Assembly (NCBI GenBank): GCA_028534125.1
Contig: CM052817.1
Coordinates: forward strand, 88,662,001 to 88,726,000
Direction: 5' to 3'
DNA: 64,000 nucleotides
Origin: Lama glama
Lineage: Eukaryota
Shown here piece by piece: positions 27,435-41,514 of this stretch. Numbering within the stretch: the first letter of the stretch is position 1; each line of letters starts with the position of its first letter. Under the pieces are notes generated by a model. The model was not told where the DNA came from. It saw nothing but the letters and a program-made list of their open reading frames with translations, and searched no databases. The translations under genes and the position numbers were made by a program.

Positions 27435-28140
27435 GATAGTGGATATCTGCGGTTTTGCTTTCCCAGCATATTTCCCTTTTTCTGGTAAGAGTATTTAAAA
27501 TATTCCTGAACATACTTCTTGATTGGTGTTGGTTATTTACAGTGTGCTTTATAAACCAATTAGCACATGAGACCTAAAAATATGTAATGCAGAGGGAAGT
27601 CAATAATTCAGTTTTATGATCAGCAGGAGATTTTTTTGTATATTTGTTTTTCTTCTCTGCCCCTTTATTATTTTTTCTTCACTTTTGCGGTTTTTAATTC
27701 CAGGCTCTTCGGAGATGACTAGTAGTGGTTATATGATTTAGCCCTCATAAGTATGTATATTTTATTCACTGACCATAATTATTTGTTCAGAGATGGGCAT
27801 ATGACCTAGCCCACGTGCATGGAACTCAGTTTGAATTAATTGGCTGAGAAGGACATGCACAATTTTTAACTCTGGAAAATTTAAGTCTGAGTTAGAGAAT
27901 ATCTATCAGGTTGAAAGCCGGCCTAGAAGCAATGTCAACTGAGAGGAAAGCCAGACCAAGATGAGAAAGGGTGAGGGAGACAGAGACAGGGAGAGAGGGT
28001 CCTAATCTCCTGATGCTGTGGTACTGTGTCTCCACAGGCATCATTACATTTTATACAAGACGACACATATGCCTTTTCATCTAAGCCAGTCTGAACTCGG
28101 GTTCTCATCACCTGCTGCAGTGGAAACAGTTTCAGTGCAA
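27435..28140 (+). mobile_element. MLT1K-like ERVL-MaLR LTR
   Basis: TAGTGGATATCTG...CCCAGCATATTTCCCTTTTTCTGGTAA, TGTTCAGAGATGGGCATATGACC, CTAAGCCAGTCTGAACTCGGGTTCTCATCACCTGC. Confidence 0.7.
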
Positions 28141-29106
28141 TGCCAGTCTCGATACAGAGCAGCTGTTCTCTAGGCCACAAATAAACACAGTAGAAAGATA
28201 ACAAGCTAAGTCCTAAATTATGTTCTGTTTCTCATTATCTGATTCTTACGTGAATTTACCTTCTGGCTCCATCTTTTTACTGTTGTTCTACATATTCTTA
28301 GAATAATTACAGTCATAAAAACATAATATAATGGACGATTAAAAAGAAGTTCTGAGATATCATTTATCAATAAGCTATTGATTCTTTAAAACTGACATAA
28401 AATTTGATTTTATGTCAGTATATTTTATTTCAAAATAACTTTTGATACTGACATATACATTCAGAAAATTATTTTGCTATTGGCTATTTCACACATAATA
28501 TAAATAATAAATGTTCATATGACTAAATTGAATACTTGCCTTGTAATCACAAAGAATTCTGACACACTAACATTTAAATAGTAGTCTATGGCAAATTGAT
28601 TTCATAGTAATTAATCTTTAAACTGCAAATTGACATTACATAAGTGTGTTAATTGATATAAATAGCATGGTAGCTTACATGTTAAATGTCAAATGTGTGT
28701 TACTAACAGTTAAAATTTATTAAAAATAAATTAATTACACATATAGGCCTTGTCATATAATCTTAATTATATTAGATTCTTGTCTCAGAAACTCATTTTC
28801 ACTGAATATTTTCAATAAATTATTAAATATTGAATAATTATGCAGCTTGATTGTGAATATTTAGGTTACTTGTATAATAGGAAAATTATATACTATTCCC
28901 TCTTATCAGGAGATTATAGAATTAAATTTTTTTTCTGTTTTCCATAATGCCTACGTATGTATTTCTTTGACTGAAGGGGAAGTGAACATAAATAATAAGA
29001 GCGAAAGTGCAGAGAACAGACTTCGGAACTTTCATCCAGCAATCATTCCTTGTGTATGAATGTAGAGTTTAGGTACAAAATTAATAAAATTCTAAGTAAT
29101 AGAAAA

Positions 29107-29475
29107 GTGTATACTGGCGATAATATCCCATAGTTCCCTTGGTCTGTTCTTCTTCTTTCTGCTCCTATAGTGTGTAATTTCAACTGCCTTATATCTAATT
29201 TTGCTGATTTTTTTCTTGTTTCTGCTTAAATTTGCTGTTGATTCTTTCTGGTGATTTTTTGCATATCTGATATTACACTTTTCAACTCCACAGTATCTAT
29301 TTAGTTTTCTTTTTATAATTTCTCTCTCTTTATTGATAATCTCTATAATTTTCCTGGTTTCCTTCACTCTGTTCATAATTTATTACAGCTTTTAGAGAAT
29401 GTTTAAGACAGTTAGTCTATTAGTAAGTCTAATGACTAGGCTTCCTCAGGGTTGGTTTCTGTCAATTACTTAGTT
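29107..29475 (-). mobile_element. L1 ORF1 (coiled-coil) fragment, inverted relative to adjacent ORF2
   Basis: Minus translation IEIINKEREIIKR...RELWDII resembles ORF1p; GACAGAAACCAACCCTGAGGAAGCC motif of old L1M ORF1 5' region. Confidence 0.75.
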
Positions 29476-29479
29476 AAAT

Positions 29480-32400
29480 GAAGAAACAAAAAATTAAGAA
29501 GCAAATAGCAAAAACTAGAAATAAAATTAGGACAAAAACAGTGACCTTATATAAATAAAAGGGATAATAAGTGAATATTAAAAAAAATTGTGTGACAACA
29601 ATTTAGAGAATCTAGAAGAAATGGATACATTCCTAGAAACACAAAAATTACCAAAACTGAATCAAAAATAAATAGAAAATCTCAACAGATCTTTAACAAG
29701 AAACTTAATTGGAAACCTCCCAGTAAATAAAGTACAGAACTAGTTAACTTCACTGGTGAATTCTGCCAAATTCTTAAGAAGAATTATGCTGCTTGAATTC
29801 TTTCAAAAAAATAGAAAATGAATGAACACTTCCTAACACATTGTATGAGGCCAGAATTACCCTGATACCAAAGCCAGTGAATGAAAAGAAATTTAAGATG
29901 AAAAAAACAAAACAAAACAAAACTACAGGCTAATATGTCTCATGGATATAGATGCAAAAGACTAGTATCCCAATCATGATAATGCATTTAAAAAGTTATA
30001 CATCTCAATTAAATGAGGTTTATCACAGATGTGAAATATTAGTTCAATAAAAGAAAATCAAAGTAATAAATCACATTAATAGACTGAAGGAAGAAAACAA
30101 TACATGGTTCTCTCAATACATGCAGAAAAAGCATCTGACAAAATTCAACACCCTTTTATAATAAAAATACTCAGAAAATTAGGGGTAGATAGAACTTCCT
30201 TAACATGACTAATATCATTTATGAAAAACGCACATTTAACATCATACTCAATTGTGAAAGATTGATAGTTTTCCCCTAAGATTAGGAACAAAACAAAAAT
30301 ATCTGCTTTCATCACTGCTTTTCAACATTGTATTGGAAATTCTAGCCAGAGCAATTAGGCAAGAGAAAGAAACAACAGGCAGTCAAATTGGAAAACAATA
30401 AGTAAAATTATTTCTATTCACAAGTGACATGATTTTATAAAGAAAATTCCATAGAATGCATAAGAAAGAAAGTTACTAGTGCTAATAAGTGAATTCAGCA
30501 AAGTTGCAAGGTATACAATCAACTCAAAAAAATCAGTTGTGTTTCTATACACAGGCAATTAACATGTAAAGAAAGTTAGGAAAATAATTTTAATTGGTAT
30601 AGTATCCCAAAGAATAAAATAGCTAGTAATAAATTTAACCAGTGACGTAAAAGATTTGTACAGTGAAAATTATAAACTATTGATTAAATAAACTAAATAA
30701 TATCTAAATGTAAAGGCATGACATGTTCATGGACTTAATATTGTTAAGATTACAATACTCCCCAAAGCAATCTACACATTCAATGCAATCACTATGAAAA
30801 TTCCAATGGCTTTTCTATATAGGAAATGGAAATGCTGATCCTCACATTCACATGGAATTGCAAGGGGCCCTAACTAGTCAAAACAGTACTGACAACAAAG
30901 AAACATACAAAAAAAACTAAGTAGAAAGACCTACATCTTGATTTCAAAATTTACTACAAAGCTACAATAATCAATTCAGTGTGGTACTGGCTTAAGAACA
31001 GAGAGAGCAATGAAATGGAATTAAGAATTTAGAAGGAACCTAAATATTTTTGGCCAACTGATTTTTTTGAAGAGTGCCAGGATCATTCAATGAGAGAAAA
31101 GAACCTCTCTGCACAAATGGTACTAGAGTAATAGGATAGGCATATGGTTAAAAAAAAGAAATCAAGTCAGACTCTCAACCTCAATTCATAAAATCAAAAA
31201 TTTACTCAAAAATAGATGAACAACTTTGAGAGCTAAACTAATAAAAGTATTTATTAGAAGAAAACATAGGAGTAAATTTTCATGACCTCAGATTTGCAAT
31301 GGATTCTTAGATTGGACACCAAAAGCACAAGCAACAACAACAAAAAATAGATATGTTAGACTTCATAAAATTAAAGATTCATGCATCAAATGACATTATC
31401 TTAGAACATTTGGGCTGCAATAACAGAATACCATAGACTAGATGGCTTATAAACATCAAGAAATGTATTACTCACAGTACTGGAGGTTGAGAAGTCTAAG
31501 ATAAAAGCACCAACAGATCAGGTGTCTGATGAGGGTCTGCTCCCAGCTCACAGATGTTCTTCTTCTCCCTGTGTCCACATATGGCAGAATGAGAAAGGGA
31601 AACTCTCTGGAATATCTTTTACAAGGGCATTAATTTTATTCATTAGCCTCTACTCTCATGACCTGACTGCTTCCTAAATGCTCCACCTCCAAATATCAAC
31701 TCAGTGAGGATTAACTTTTAACATATGAATTGGGGGGGGGACCACAAACTTTCAGTCTGAAGTAGACATTATCAAGAAAGTGAAAATATAACCTACAGAA
31801 TGGGATAAAAAATATTTGCAATTACAAATCTGATGAGTTTAGTATCTGGAATATACAGAGAATTCTTATAAGTTAACAAAAAAGACAATTTAATTTTTAG
31901 AGGGCTTTGATATTTCTCCAAAGAAAATATGCAAATGACCAAAAAGCACATGGAAAGATGACCATTAAGGAAATCTAAATCAAAGCCACAATGAGATACC
32001 ACTCTACTCCAACAAGGAAAACATTTATTAAAAATAAAGGTAACAATAACTCATAATGTAACAGCTGTTAAGAACATGGATAAATAGGAACCTTCATGCA
32101 TTGATGGTGAGAATATAAAATGGTACTACTGTGTGGAATACAATTGGGTGGTTTCTGAAAAAGTTAAAACCAGAATTATCATATGATCCAGTAATTCCTT
32201 TCCTAGGTACATACCTAATAGAAGTAAAAACTGATACTCAGATATTCATAAATTTTTATAGCAACACTATTCACAATAGCCAGATGGTAGAAACAACAGA
32301 AATGTCCACCAACAGATAAATGGATAAATAAATGATGGTTATACATACAATGGAAAATTATTCAGTCATAAAAATGAATGAAGTACTGATACATTCAACA

Positions 32401-32737
32401 ATTCGAGTGAACATCACCAACACTGTGCAAAATGAAAGAAGCCAGACATGAAACATTCATATTATTTATGCTTACTTTTATATGACTTATCCAGAATAGG
32501 CAAATCCATAGAGACATAAAGTAGATTAGCAATTGCCAGTGTATGGGGAGGGGGATGAAGAAAAATTGCTTAACAGATATGGTGTTTCTGTGAGACAGTG
32601 AAAAAGTTTTGATCCTAGAGAGGTGGTGGTTACACAACATTTCAAAAGGACCAACTGCCACTAAATTGTACGTTGTACACTAAATTATAAATTAAAATAT
32701 TTAATTGTATATTATGTTAATTTCATCTAAATAAGAA
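29480..32737 (+). mobile_element. Old L1 (L1MB-like) ORF2 remnant plus 3' UTR, non-functional
   Basis: Decayed RT motifs: GGAACAAAACAA...CTGCTTTTCAACATT (GTRQGCPLSPLLFNI-like, ~30284) and CTATTCACAAGTGACATG (LFADDM-like, ~30414); C-terminal and 3' UTR hallmarks; many stops and frameshifts. Confidence 0.93.
31397..31764 (-). mobile_element. MLT1A-like MaLR solo LTR nested in the L1
   Basis: TCTTAGAACATTTGGGCTGCAATAACAGAATACCATAGACT...AACATATGAATTGGGGGGGGACCACAAAC; 5-bp TSD GACAT (31392-31396, 31765-31769); L1 sequence resumes across it. Confidence 0.9.
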
Positions 32738-34311
32738 AAGTAATTAAAAAATTGGTACAGAAAACCCTAATATTAAGATTTGAGGTCATGTAAAATGTAG
32801 CTACACTCTGGATCCAGAGAGGCTCACATACTCATAATAGTGGTAAATCATATTGTGACTGCAAAAGAGATTAAAAATTATGAAATGAGGTATCTTTAAT
32901 AAGGCAATGCAAATATCCACCATATACAGATTTCACCGTTGAATTTTAAAAAGAGATTTTAGAAAGAAAATCCAAAGGATTAGAAGACTGCCAAAAACAA
33001 CTTCCTTTTCAAAAAGAATTGTACAGAACTTTATCGGGAGCTCAAATGCCAGTAAGGAAAGACATACTGAGTTTTGGTAAATCCATATTGTGAAGGCCTC
33101 ATCTGACTGATGACTATTCCAGGAAGGAAAAATCAACCTTTATAATCTATTGGAATTTTCACACCAGGGATTTTGGGATTATTATTTTTATCATGATTTG
33201 ACATGTAATTCTAATTCAGTAATTGGGTACTTCTGTGTTCTTTCTAGATAAAATGTCTCATGCATACAATTGTAGTGTTGATTTAAAACATTTAAGCATG
33301 TTCACCATTGGAACTATCAAATAAAAGTTAATAATTCAGAATATAACAAGATACTGAGTTTTTCAACGAGAGTATGGATTTTGATGTCAATCAGTCTATG
33401 CAAATAATTTGAGGAACTAGAATTTAATCTGTCATTTTTTCTTCCTCTTCAAAGAGTATTAAGTTATTTTCAAGAGATATTTGTAAATAGTTCACTATAA
33501 AGTCAGCTTATTTTCACAATAATTTATTGTCTTACCTCTGTGTATTACATGCAGGACTAAAAGACAATTAAGAAACAGAAGCCACAAAACTGCTTTGCTC
33601 TCACTAGTTTACTTTTCTGAATAATGGTGTCAATATATACAGCAAGTTATTAACTAAAATATTAGACATGTATGTCAAATCCTCTTCTTTTCTAGTTTGT
33701 TGCCTATAAATGATGCTAAATTATATGAAATATAATTTATTTAAATACAAAATATGACTATAATTTTTATTGAGTGTAGCTTGGGGGCTCAACGTAAAAT
33801 TAGAGTGGAAAAAATAAAGAGTAAACATTTACATAACTGTGAATGGTAAGTTCCAACTCTTAAAGTATAGAAAATTTCAGAATAATACATCATGTGCTTC
33901 AAAAACAAGTATCTTTATGTTCTACCAATATGAGTCATATACATGAATGCAAACTGTTTTACAAAATGAAGTTAAACCCTTCTTTGGAGTAAAGAATGAA
34001 TGCACTTGCATGTTGTCTACATTAAGCTTCTTGATATCTTTACATGATGTTCACATTAAACACTGGCTTTTTAGCATAACATCCAAAACACAAAGAACCT
34101 TGATATATAAAATGATTTAAATGTTTTTATTCTAAATAAATAATTATGACCTGAATTCAAGTGACATACCATTAAGTAACTATACCATAACAAGCACATA
34201 ATGGATGAAGGAAAGGTCAGTGGCAGCAGAACATTTCCACCAATTTACATATCATGCACAATGTCATAGACACCATTTGCTGACTGTTACTGTTTGTGTA
34301 ATTTTCTACTT

Positions 34312-34340
34312 TACTTTTTTTAATTGAAGTACAGTCAGTT
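34312..34340 (-). mobile_element. Extremely truncated L1 3' tail
   Basis: TTTTTTTAATTGAAGTACAGTCAGTT is nearly identical to the L1 terminus at ~53604-53630; no clear TSD. Confidence 0.55.
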
Positions 34341-34969
34341 ATTGATTTGCATATACAAATAAAATAGTATTCTACTCTTGGCAACATGTCAGATTAAATA
34401 TTCTTAAAACTATTTCTTTATAAACCTTTAGAAATGCTGACTATAACAAATGCACTTTCATATTTTTGACAGAGCTCATAATAAAGCAATAATAATAAAC
34501 CAAGGGTAAAAATCCAAGAGAAATCTAAAATGAGTTCAAAGAAAACACTTAAGCCAAAGCAAACGTTATTTTATAAGTTTCTACTGATACCAGTAACTTG
34601 GAGCCTTGAATTTTAATGGTTTATTGGAGACAAGATGCTTAGCAATCATTAGCTGAGGTACTGTAATAGCAAATATTACAACAAGCCAGCTACAACCTAA
34701 ATGAAAAGAAGGATAAAAAAATTTACAGAAAGACAGATCTAAATATATTATCCAAAATACAACATAGAAAAGAAAATTGATAAAAGGGAGGAGGATGAGA
34801 GATGTAGAGGATGGGATGAGAAGGTCTAACATGTATTTAATTGAAGTTTCGGAATGAGACAGAGGTAAAAACACAGAGAGGTACTGAGGATTTTCCAAAA
34901 TTGATGAAATTCATGAAGCCTTGGATTCAGTAAGCAAATGGCTCCATTACAGGCTAAACTGAAGAAAGG

Positions 34970-35161
34970 CAGTGGTATGCTGGAGCTAGTTCATATTGCC
35001 CCACAAGAGTCATTTGTTAAACATTCAGGAATTTGCCAGCTGATCTTTGAAAAACTGGTCACTTGAATAGGCCATGATGAAAATACTTACACAATGGAAA
35101 TCTACAAACATTGCAGGTCAGGGGATTTTCTCTGGAGAGCTAGTTTACCAGTATACCACTG
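34970..35161. mobile_element. MER63A-like hAT element
   Basis: TIRs CAGTGGTATGCTGG / CCAGTATACCACTG (13 of 14 complementary). Confidence 0.8.
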
Positions 35162-36721
35162 AGAAGAGCCATACTCTTCACCCAATATAGGAAAATTGCT
35201 AAACACAAAAGACAAAGAGCATTTTGAAAGCAGCCAGTTAGAAGGCAGACAGATGACTTGCAAAGAAGTAGTAATTTAACTGAGAGCAATCAACTGAGCA
35301 GCAACATTGAAACATATAAGAAAGTGAACTATATACAAAATACTGCATGAAATACAATTTTGTATCTGTAAATTATCATTCAAAAGTAGGTCAAATAGTG
35401 GAAAATATTCCTACAACAAAATCTCACTAAGTCAACTTCTAGTATATAGTTTTAAAAGAGAAAATGATCTAAGAAGGAAGTTCTGAGATGCATGAGGCAA
35501 TGGTGCCAAATAAATCTTCAAACACTTGGTACATTTTTTAAATTACTGAATAAAACAATAAAAATAACTTCTAACTGTGGTTAAAGAACGTTAAAACTAT
35601 AATATTGCCCCCAAATGATATAGCAGGTAGGAAAGTATGATTACATTGAGATACTTAATACATTATTTTATTCAGAAAATATGTACTGTTCTTATGGAAA
35701 AGATCCAATATTGTAAATATATCAAATTTACCAAGAAATATAGAATGCCAATTGAAATTTTCCTTGAGATTGACAAAAGATTTTTAAAATGTATGTGAAT
35801 TAGCAAAGCTATTAGAACACTCAAAATACTCTTGAAGAAGAACGAGGTATAAATAAGGGCTTGCTCTACTAGATACCAACACAAAGTAGAAAATTACTGT
35901 AACTAAGAAAGTGTTCTGTTGTTGCACTAGAATACTGGATATGAATGAAGTACATAGCTACGGAAAGTTGATACATGACAGTGGCGATTTTAGTGCAGAA
36001 AGAACTGAAGTTTGCATACATGGTACAAAGACTAGCATTTATCTAGATCCAAATGCAATGGGGATTTGTCCTGGTTTCACAAAAAAATATCTGCATCCAG
36101 ATGTATGAATGTGTTAACTATGAAATAAATTTCAAATCTTTCAGGAAATTTTATTTAAGAATATCTTTATGACTTTAGAATAGAAATTATCTTTCCACTG
36201 CAAGACACATGTGCAAACTACAAGGGAAGCTATAGATACATTTTACCATCTTATAATAACTATTAGTTTTCTCTGTTTATTACACATTTCATAAGGAGAC
36301 TAAAAGACAAACCACAAACCTGAAGAAGATAATAATACCTGGAAAAAGGATTATATTCCAGAATATTTAGGAGTACATATAAATCAGTAAGAGTAAGACC
36401 AAAGAAAAGGGGGGGAAGATGATTTAAATTGTGTAAACAAGCATTTCTCAGGAATATTTTCAGCTTGATTAGTAATCAAGAAGATGAAACTAAAATCATA
36501 ACAAGGTATCATTACATAGATAACAAAAATTGAAATTAAGACACTATCAGTTGTTGCAGAAGATGTGATGTGAAGGAATAAGCAAGCTTACTGGCATAAA
36601 GATGGGAGTGTAAGGCCCTACATCACTTTTAAAAACTATTATGAAATATAAAGTTTAATAGAGGCAAAATCTACAATGAATAGTTCCTTTCTTCTATACA
36701 TCTTAGAGAAACACTTTTGAC

Positions 36722-36746
36722 ATATATATATATATATATATATATA
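36722..36746. repeat. (AT)n microsatellite
   Basis: About 12 AT units. Confidence 0.95.
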
Positions 36747-36914
36747 GGGTTAAACAAACAAGTACTTTTAGATGCATTATTCTTCATAGAAGGAAATGGA
36801 AGGAATGCACACTAATGGTGGAATGGATAATAAACTACAGGACTGTCAAAAGTGGAATATTATTCATCAGTGAAAGGAAGTATGCACAGAAGTACAGATC
36901 AATATGAATCAATC

Positions 36915-37410
36915 TGCATTGATTTTCTGTTGTTCCATAAAAATCATCACAACTTTGTGGTTTAAAACAATACCTATTTGTTATTTCATAATTTCTCTAG
37001 GTCAGAAGTCTAGGACACTCAAGGATACTCAAGAAGCGGCTGGGGCTGCAGTTCTCATCAGGGGCTCAGGATGCTCTTCCAAGCTGAGTGGCTGTTGGCA
37101 GAATTCTCTCCTTCTCATGCTTCCCACATAGCTCCCTACATCTTCAAAACAGCAGCAGTGCGTTCCTTCTTTCTCATGCTCAGAATCTCTCAGTTCTTCT
37201 GTCCCCATTTCTCTGATTCAGCCAAAGTTCTCAGCATTTGCGGGCTCATATAATTCCTTTGGGCCCACACATAATCCTGGTGACCTCCCTATTTTAAGGT
37301 CCATAAACTTAGTTACACCTGCAAAGTCCCTTTGCTGTGTAACATGACATATTGACTGATTTCAGAGATTAGGTTGTGGGCTTCTTTGGGGTGTCATTCT
37401 TCCTATTCCA
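36915..37410 (-). mobile_element. MLT1D/E-like MaLR LTR
   Basis: TAGGTCAGAAGTCTAGG, GCTGTTGGCAGAATTC, ACACCTGCAAAGTCCCTTTGC, TCTTTGGGGTGTCATTCTTCCTATTCCA. Confidence 0.8.
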
Positions 37411-38138
37411 GAACCAAAGCTAATTTTGTGCGATATAATTGGCTTCACACAAATTGTATAATTCCATTTATAAAATGTCCCAAAACAGGGAAAGCTAAAC
37501 AATTGTTACTTTATGGTTACATACATATGTACTAATAAAGTAAAACAACATAAGGCAATATATATCTTTATGTTTATAATACATTTTACTTTTTAACATA
37601 CATTCATTTTTTTTTCAGTTAATTTTACTTTGTTAGGGAGAAGAATAAGTGAATTAAGAAGGGCAGAAAGGCAGCTCCAGAGATTTTGGTAATTCTCCTT
37701 TTCTTTAGATGGGTGATGAGAATCATGCTGCTTATTTTATTACTGTTTTCTTAAATGATGATTATTTGTTAATTTCCATTCCTGTAGAGATGAACAGTTT
37801 CACAATAAAACTATAATCAATTGAAATATTTTAATTCAATACTTTTGAAAAATTATAAGCTATATAAGATGGATATTTTCTTTAAAAATGTCTTACTGAG
37901 ATGAAAATAGAAGATTAAAAAACATAAAAATTAAAATGATCAGGGGAAATAAATCAATAGGTAAAATATACAAATAAAATCTGGGAATATGGAGGGATTC
38001 CATTAATTTCTATTGCATATGTAAGAGTATGTGAGTAATATCAATATTATTCAAGTATCTGAAGAGAATACAAAAGGAGGAAGTAGTTCCCATCTTTTTA
38101 CAAGGCTTACGTAAACTTCCCGCCAAACCTGACAAGGA

Positions 38139-38638
38139 NNNNNNNNNNNNNNNNNNNNNNNNNNNNNNNNNNNNNNNNNNNNNNNNNNNNNNNNNNNNNN
38201 NNNNNNNNNNNNNNNNNNNNNNNNNNNNNNNNNNNNNNNNNNNNNNNNNNNNNNNNNNNNNNNNNNNNNNNNNNNNNNNNNNNNNNNNNNNNNNNNNNNN
38301 NNNNNNNNNNNNNNNNNNNNNNNNNNNNNNNNNNNNNNNNNNNNNNNNNNNNNNNNNNNNNNNNNNNNNNNNNNNNNNNNNNNNNNNNNNNNNNNNNNNN
38401 NNNNNNNNNNNNNNNNNNNNNNNNNNNNNNNNNNNNNNNNNNNNNNNNNNNNNNNNNNNNNNNNNNNNNNNNNNNNNNNNNNNNNNNNNNNNNNNNNNNN
38501 NNNNNNNNNNNNNNNNNNNNNNNNNNNNNNNNNNNNNNNNNNNNNNNNNNNNNNNNNNNNNNNNNNNNNNNNNNNNNNNNNNNNNNNNNNNNNNNNNNNN
38601 NNNNNNNNNNNNNNNNNNNNNNNNNNNNNNNNNNNNNN
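38139..38638. other. Assembly gap (500 N)
   Basis: Run of exactly 500 N. Confidence 1.
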
Positions 38639-39109
38639 TGTGGCATTTTATGAGAATTAATAAAATAATGTAGAATATTATAATGGCATGATTTTTAATG
38701 TAAAAGCACATGCAATTTTTGAAAGACTATAATTTTAAAAACTTATTTGTTGTGCTTATGACATCAATCTCTATTTCAAATTACTTTTATAAAATGCAAG
38801 GCTCATTTTAATTTTTATACTGGACTTAATTGCTAACATACTTAAGGTCTCACCAAACATAAATAGTAAAAACAGAGATTTTGTTGCTATCTTATTTAGG
38901 AGACAATTATTTTAACCACTGGGTATTGTAAATGAAACACTAGTTTCCATTTTCTTAGAAATTTTCTTAGGAATAACTAAAGAAGGATTTCCACAATTTT
39001 GCCAAGTTAGCATCCAACAATGGTCCTTCCCATCCTCCCTTTGCCTCTTCTCTTTCCTTTTCTCTTCTCCTTACCTCCACCCCTTCCTTCCTTTTAGTTA
39101 TGTCTAGTA

Positions 39110-39660
39110 TTTTTATTATTTTTTAAAAATATACATGCATTAAAATTTACTGACCTTGGTGTACACATCTATGAGTTTAAGTACATATATAGGTTTGTCT
39201 AATGATCACAATGATCAGAAGATAAGAAATCTATCACCCCCAAAATTCATTTGTGCTGCCTCTGTAGTCAACACTCCCTGCAGATCTAACCTCCGATACC
39301 CCCTAATCTCTCTTTCTATAGTGTTTCCTCCTCTAAAATATCATATAAAATGGGATCATAGTGTGTAACATTTTGAGAATGGATTCTTTCACTCAGCAAA
39401 ATTCCTTTGAGAGTCACCTCTGATACTGGGTTTATCAATAGTTCGTTCCTTTTTCTTGCTGGGTGTTATTCTATTGTATAGATGTACTACAGTTTGTTTA
39501 TCCATTTCTGTTGCAGGACTTCTGTGTTGTGAGTAGTTTTCAGTGACTTGACGATACATTCATGCCCAGTTTTATGTGAACATGTTTTCATTTCTATAAG
39601 GTAAATAGTTAGCTGGTTATACATTAATTGTGTTTCACTTGATGAGTCAAACTGATCTGC
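39110..39660 (-). mobile_element. Old L1 3' end (L1MC/MD-like)
   Basis: ATCATATAAAATGGGATCATAGTG, TTCTTTCACTCAGCAAAAT, AATAGTTCGTTCCTTTTTCTTGCTG, CAGTTTGTTTATCCATT. Confidence 0.8.
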
Positions 39661-41177
39661 TTTTAATTTCCTGATTCTCCTCTGAAAAAAATACTTCTCC
39701 AATCTATATTATTTTTCATTTTTGGTTCATTTTCTCTGAGCATCTCTACCAAAATTTCTAGCTTGTATTTAGGAGATTGCTTACTTCAGTGAAATTTCTA
39801 AATCTCCCTCTTGTCTTAATCATGGCTTTGAGATAGTCTCTTTCTATGTTCTTAGCTTTCTCTTGTATAAAGAGAAAATAGCATTGCTGGACTGGCTATT
39901 CAGTAACTGCTATACTTAATATTTTCATTTATTTTGAAGAGCCACATAATCATTATCTTTTCACATACACATAAAATAAATATTTTGGATATATAAGTGC
40001 TTTCTTTTGATACATATAATTGGGCTGCTTTCTATATTGGATTTAGTTTTCATTAGTTTTTTGGGTAGGGACAGACATGGGATATATAAAGAAGGGGATA
40101 CATACATTATTTTGAAATACTTACTTAGTGGTTCTTTTGATTATTCTCATAGGCTATTTAAGGGGTCACTGTAGGTTGGGGGAGGGAAGAGATGCTGTTA
40201 AAATGAATGGAATGACAGCCTTTATTGGAGAAGCTGTCAACAGCCTTCAGTATTGCAGTAATGATAATGAACAATATAACGTCTTAATAACCATCCCACT
40301 GGCTATTAAAATGTGGCATTGCACATTAAAATGACTGTACCACTCTACTCTTGTAGAAATACTCAGGAAATATGCAGCTCCTCAAAAGTTTTCTGCTGTT
40401 AGTGGTAACCTGTGATTTTTATATGAGTTCTTACTTTTCAAACATCCTGCTTAAAAAATTCTCCCCATCTCTATGTTATCTCTCTGTTTATCTATCTATC
40501 TTTATTATATATGCAAATTCATATATGTGTACATACATCAGTCATTTTAATAAGACTTTTTTTTACTACAGATCATGTTAGATGGCTTGAAGAGATAAAG
40601 AAATCAATAGCATAGTAGCATAGTAATCTGTGCTCATTGTGCTAGAATTCAGAATATTAAATTACCCTGAGAAAGTTGTTTTGCTCCTATAATGTGGAAA
40701 GATGTAGCCTATAGTTCTGAATTTTAATAGCCTACACAGACCAGCATGCATTTGCAGACACTACTAGACTATGAACATCGCCTTAGCTTCTGCCTCATTC
40801 AAATCTCTCATCCTCAAGGGCAACAATGTCTTGGAACTAGAATGATGCTTATTTTTTCTAATTTCTATTTAAATTCTTTTAAATATCTAAATGATACAGT
40901 GGCCTAAAATAAATAAACATTTAGGGTCTCCAAAATTTATATACTAGATTAAGTCATTGCTGAAAAAGCAAAACAAGTCTATGCAAAAATTTAAAGTTCA
41001 AGTTTGGAACTATGGATGGATAAATGAAATCTTTTTATAATGTCTGAATTGTAGTTATTAAAGGAAATTTGGATTAACACTTTGAAGAGGTCTACTTTCA
41101 CACAGAATTGATACTCCACATAAAAAAATTAATAACTTTGACTAGATATAAAACCACACAAAATAAAAGTTAGACAG

Positions 41178-41514
41178 TACTATGGAGTGATTTGTGTTCC
41201 CCCAAAATTCATATGTTGAAGTTGTAACTCCCAAAGGGATTGTATTTGGAGATACGAATTCTAAGGAAATAGTTTAGGTTAAATGAGGTCATATAAGTGG
41301 GACTGTAAATGTAATAGGAGAGGGAGGTCATGTGAGGACACAGTAAGAAGATGACCACTTACAAGCCAGCAGAGAGGCCTGAGGAGAATCCAAATCTTCA
41401 GTCAACTTGATCTTGAACTTCTAGGCTCCAGAACTGTGAAAAAAATAAACTTCTGTTGGTTAAGCCACCCAATCTTCTGGTATGTTATTATGACAACCCT
41501 AGAAGACTAATACA
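41178..41514 (+). mobile_element. MLT1B-like MaLR LTR
   Basis: TACTATGGAGTGATTTGTGTTCCCCCAAAATTCATATGTTGAAG...CTCCAGAACTGTGA...AATAAA...TAAGCCACCC...GACTAATACA. Confidence 0.88.

Larger units (their letters stand above)
34690..37830 (+). mobile_element. Highly decayed old L1 (L1ME-like) remnants with nested insertions
   Basis: ORF1-like AGAAGGTCTAACATGTATTTAATTGAAGTT, ORF2-like ATTTTTAAAATGTATGTGAA and AAAAGACAAACCACAAAC, 3' UTR-like CTTTTCTTTAGATGGGTGATG; boundaries approximate. Confidence 0.65.

Noticed and set aside
29480..32737. Functional reverse transcriptase gene or novel RT system
   Set aside because: Ordinary decayed L1 ORF2 with many stops, frameshifts and a nested MLT1 insertion.
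38010..38711. Long ORFs here and at 59531-60134
   Set aside because: Artefacts of reading through N-gaps.
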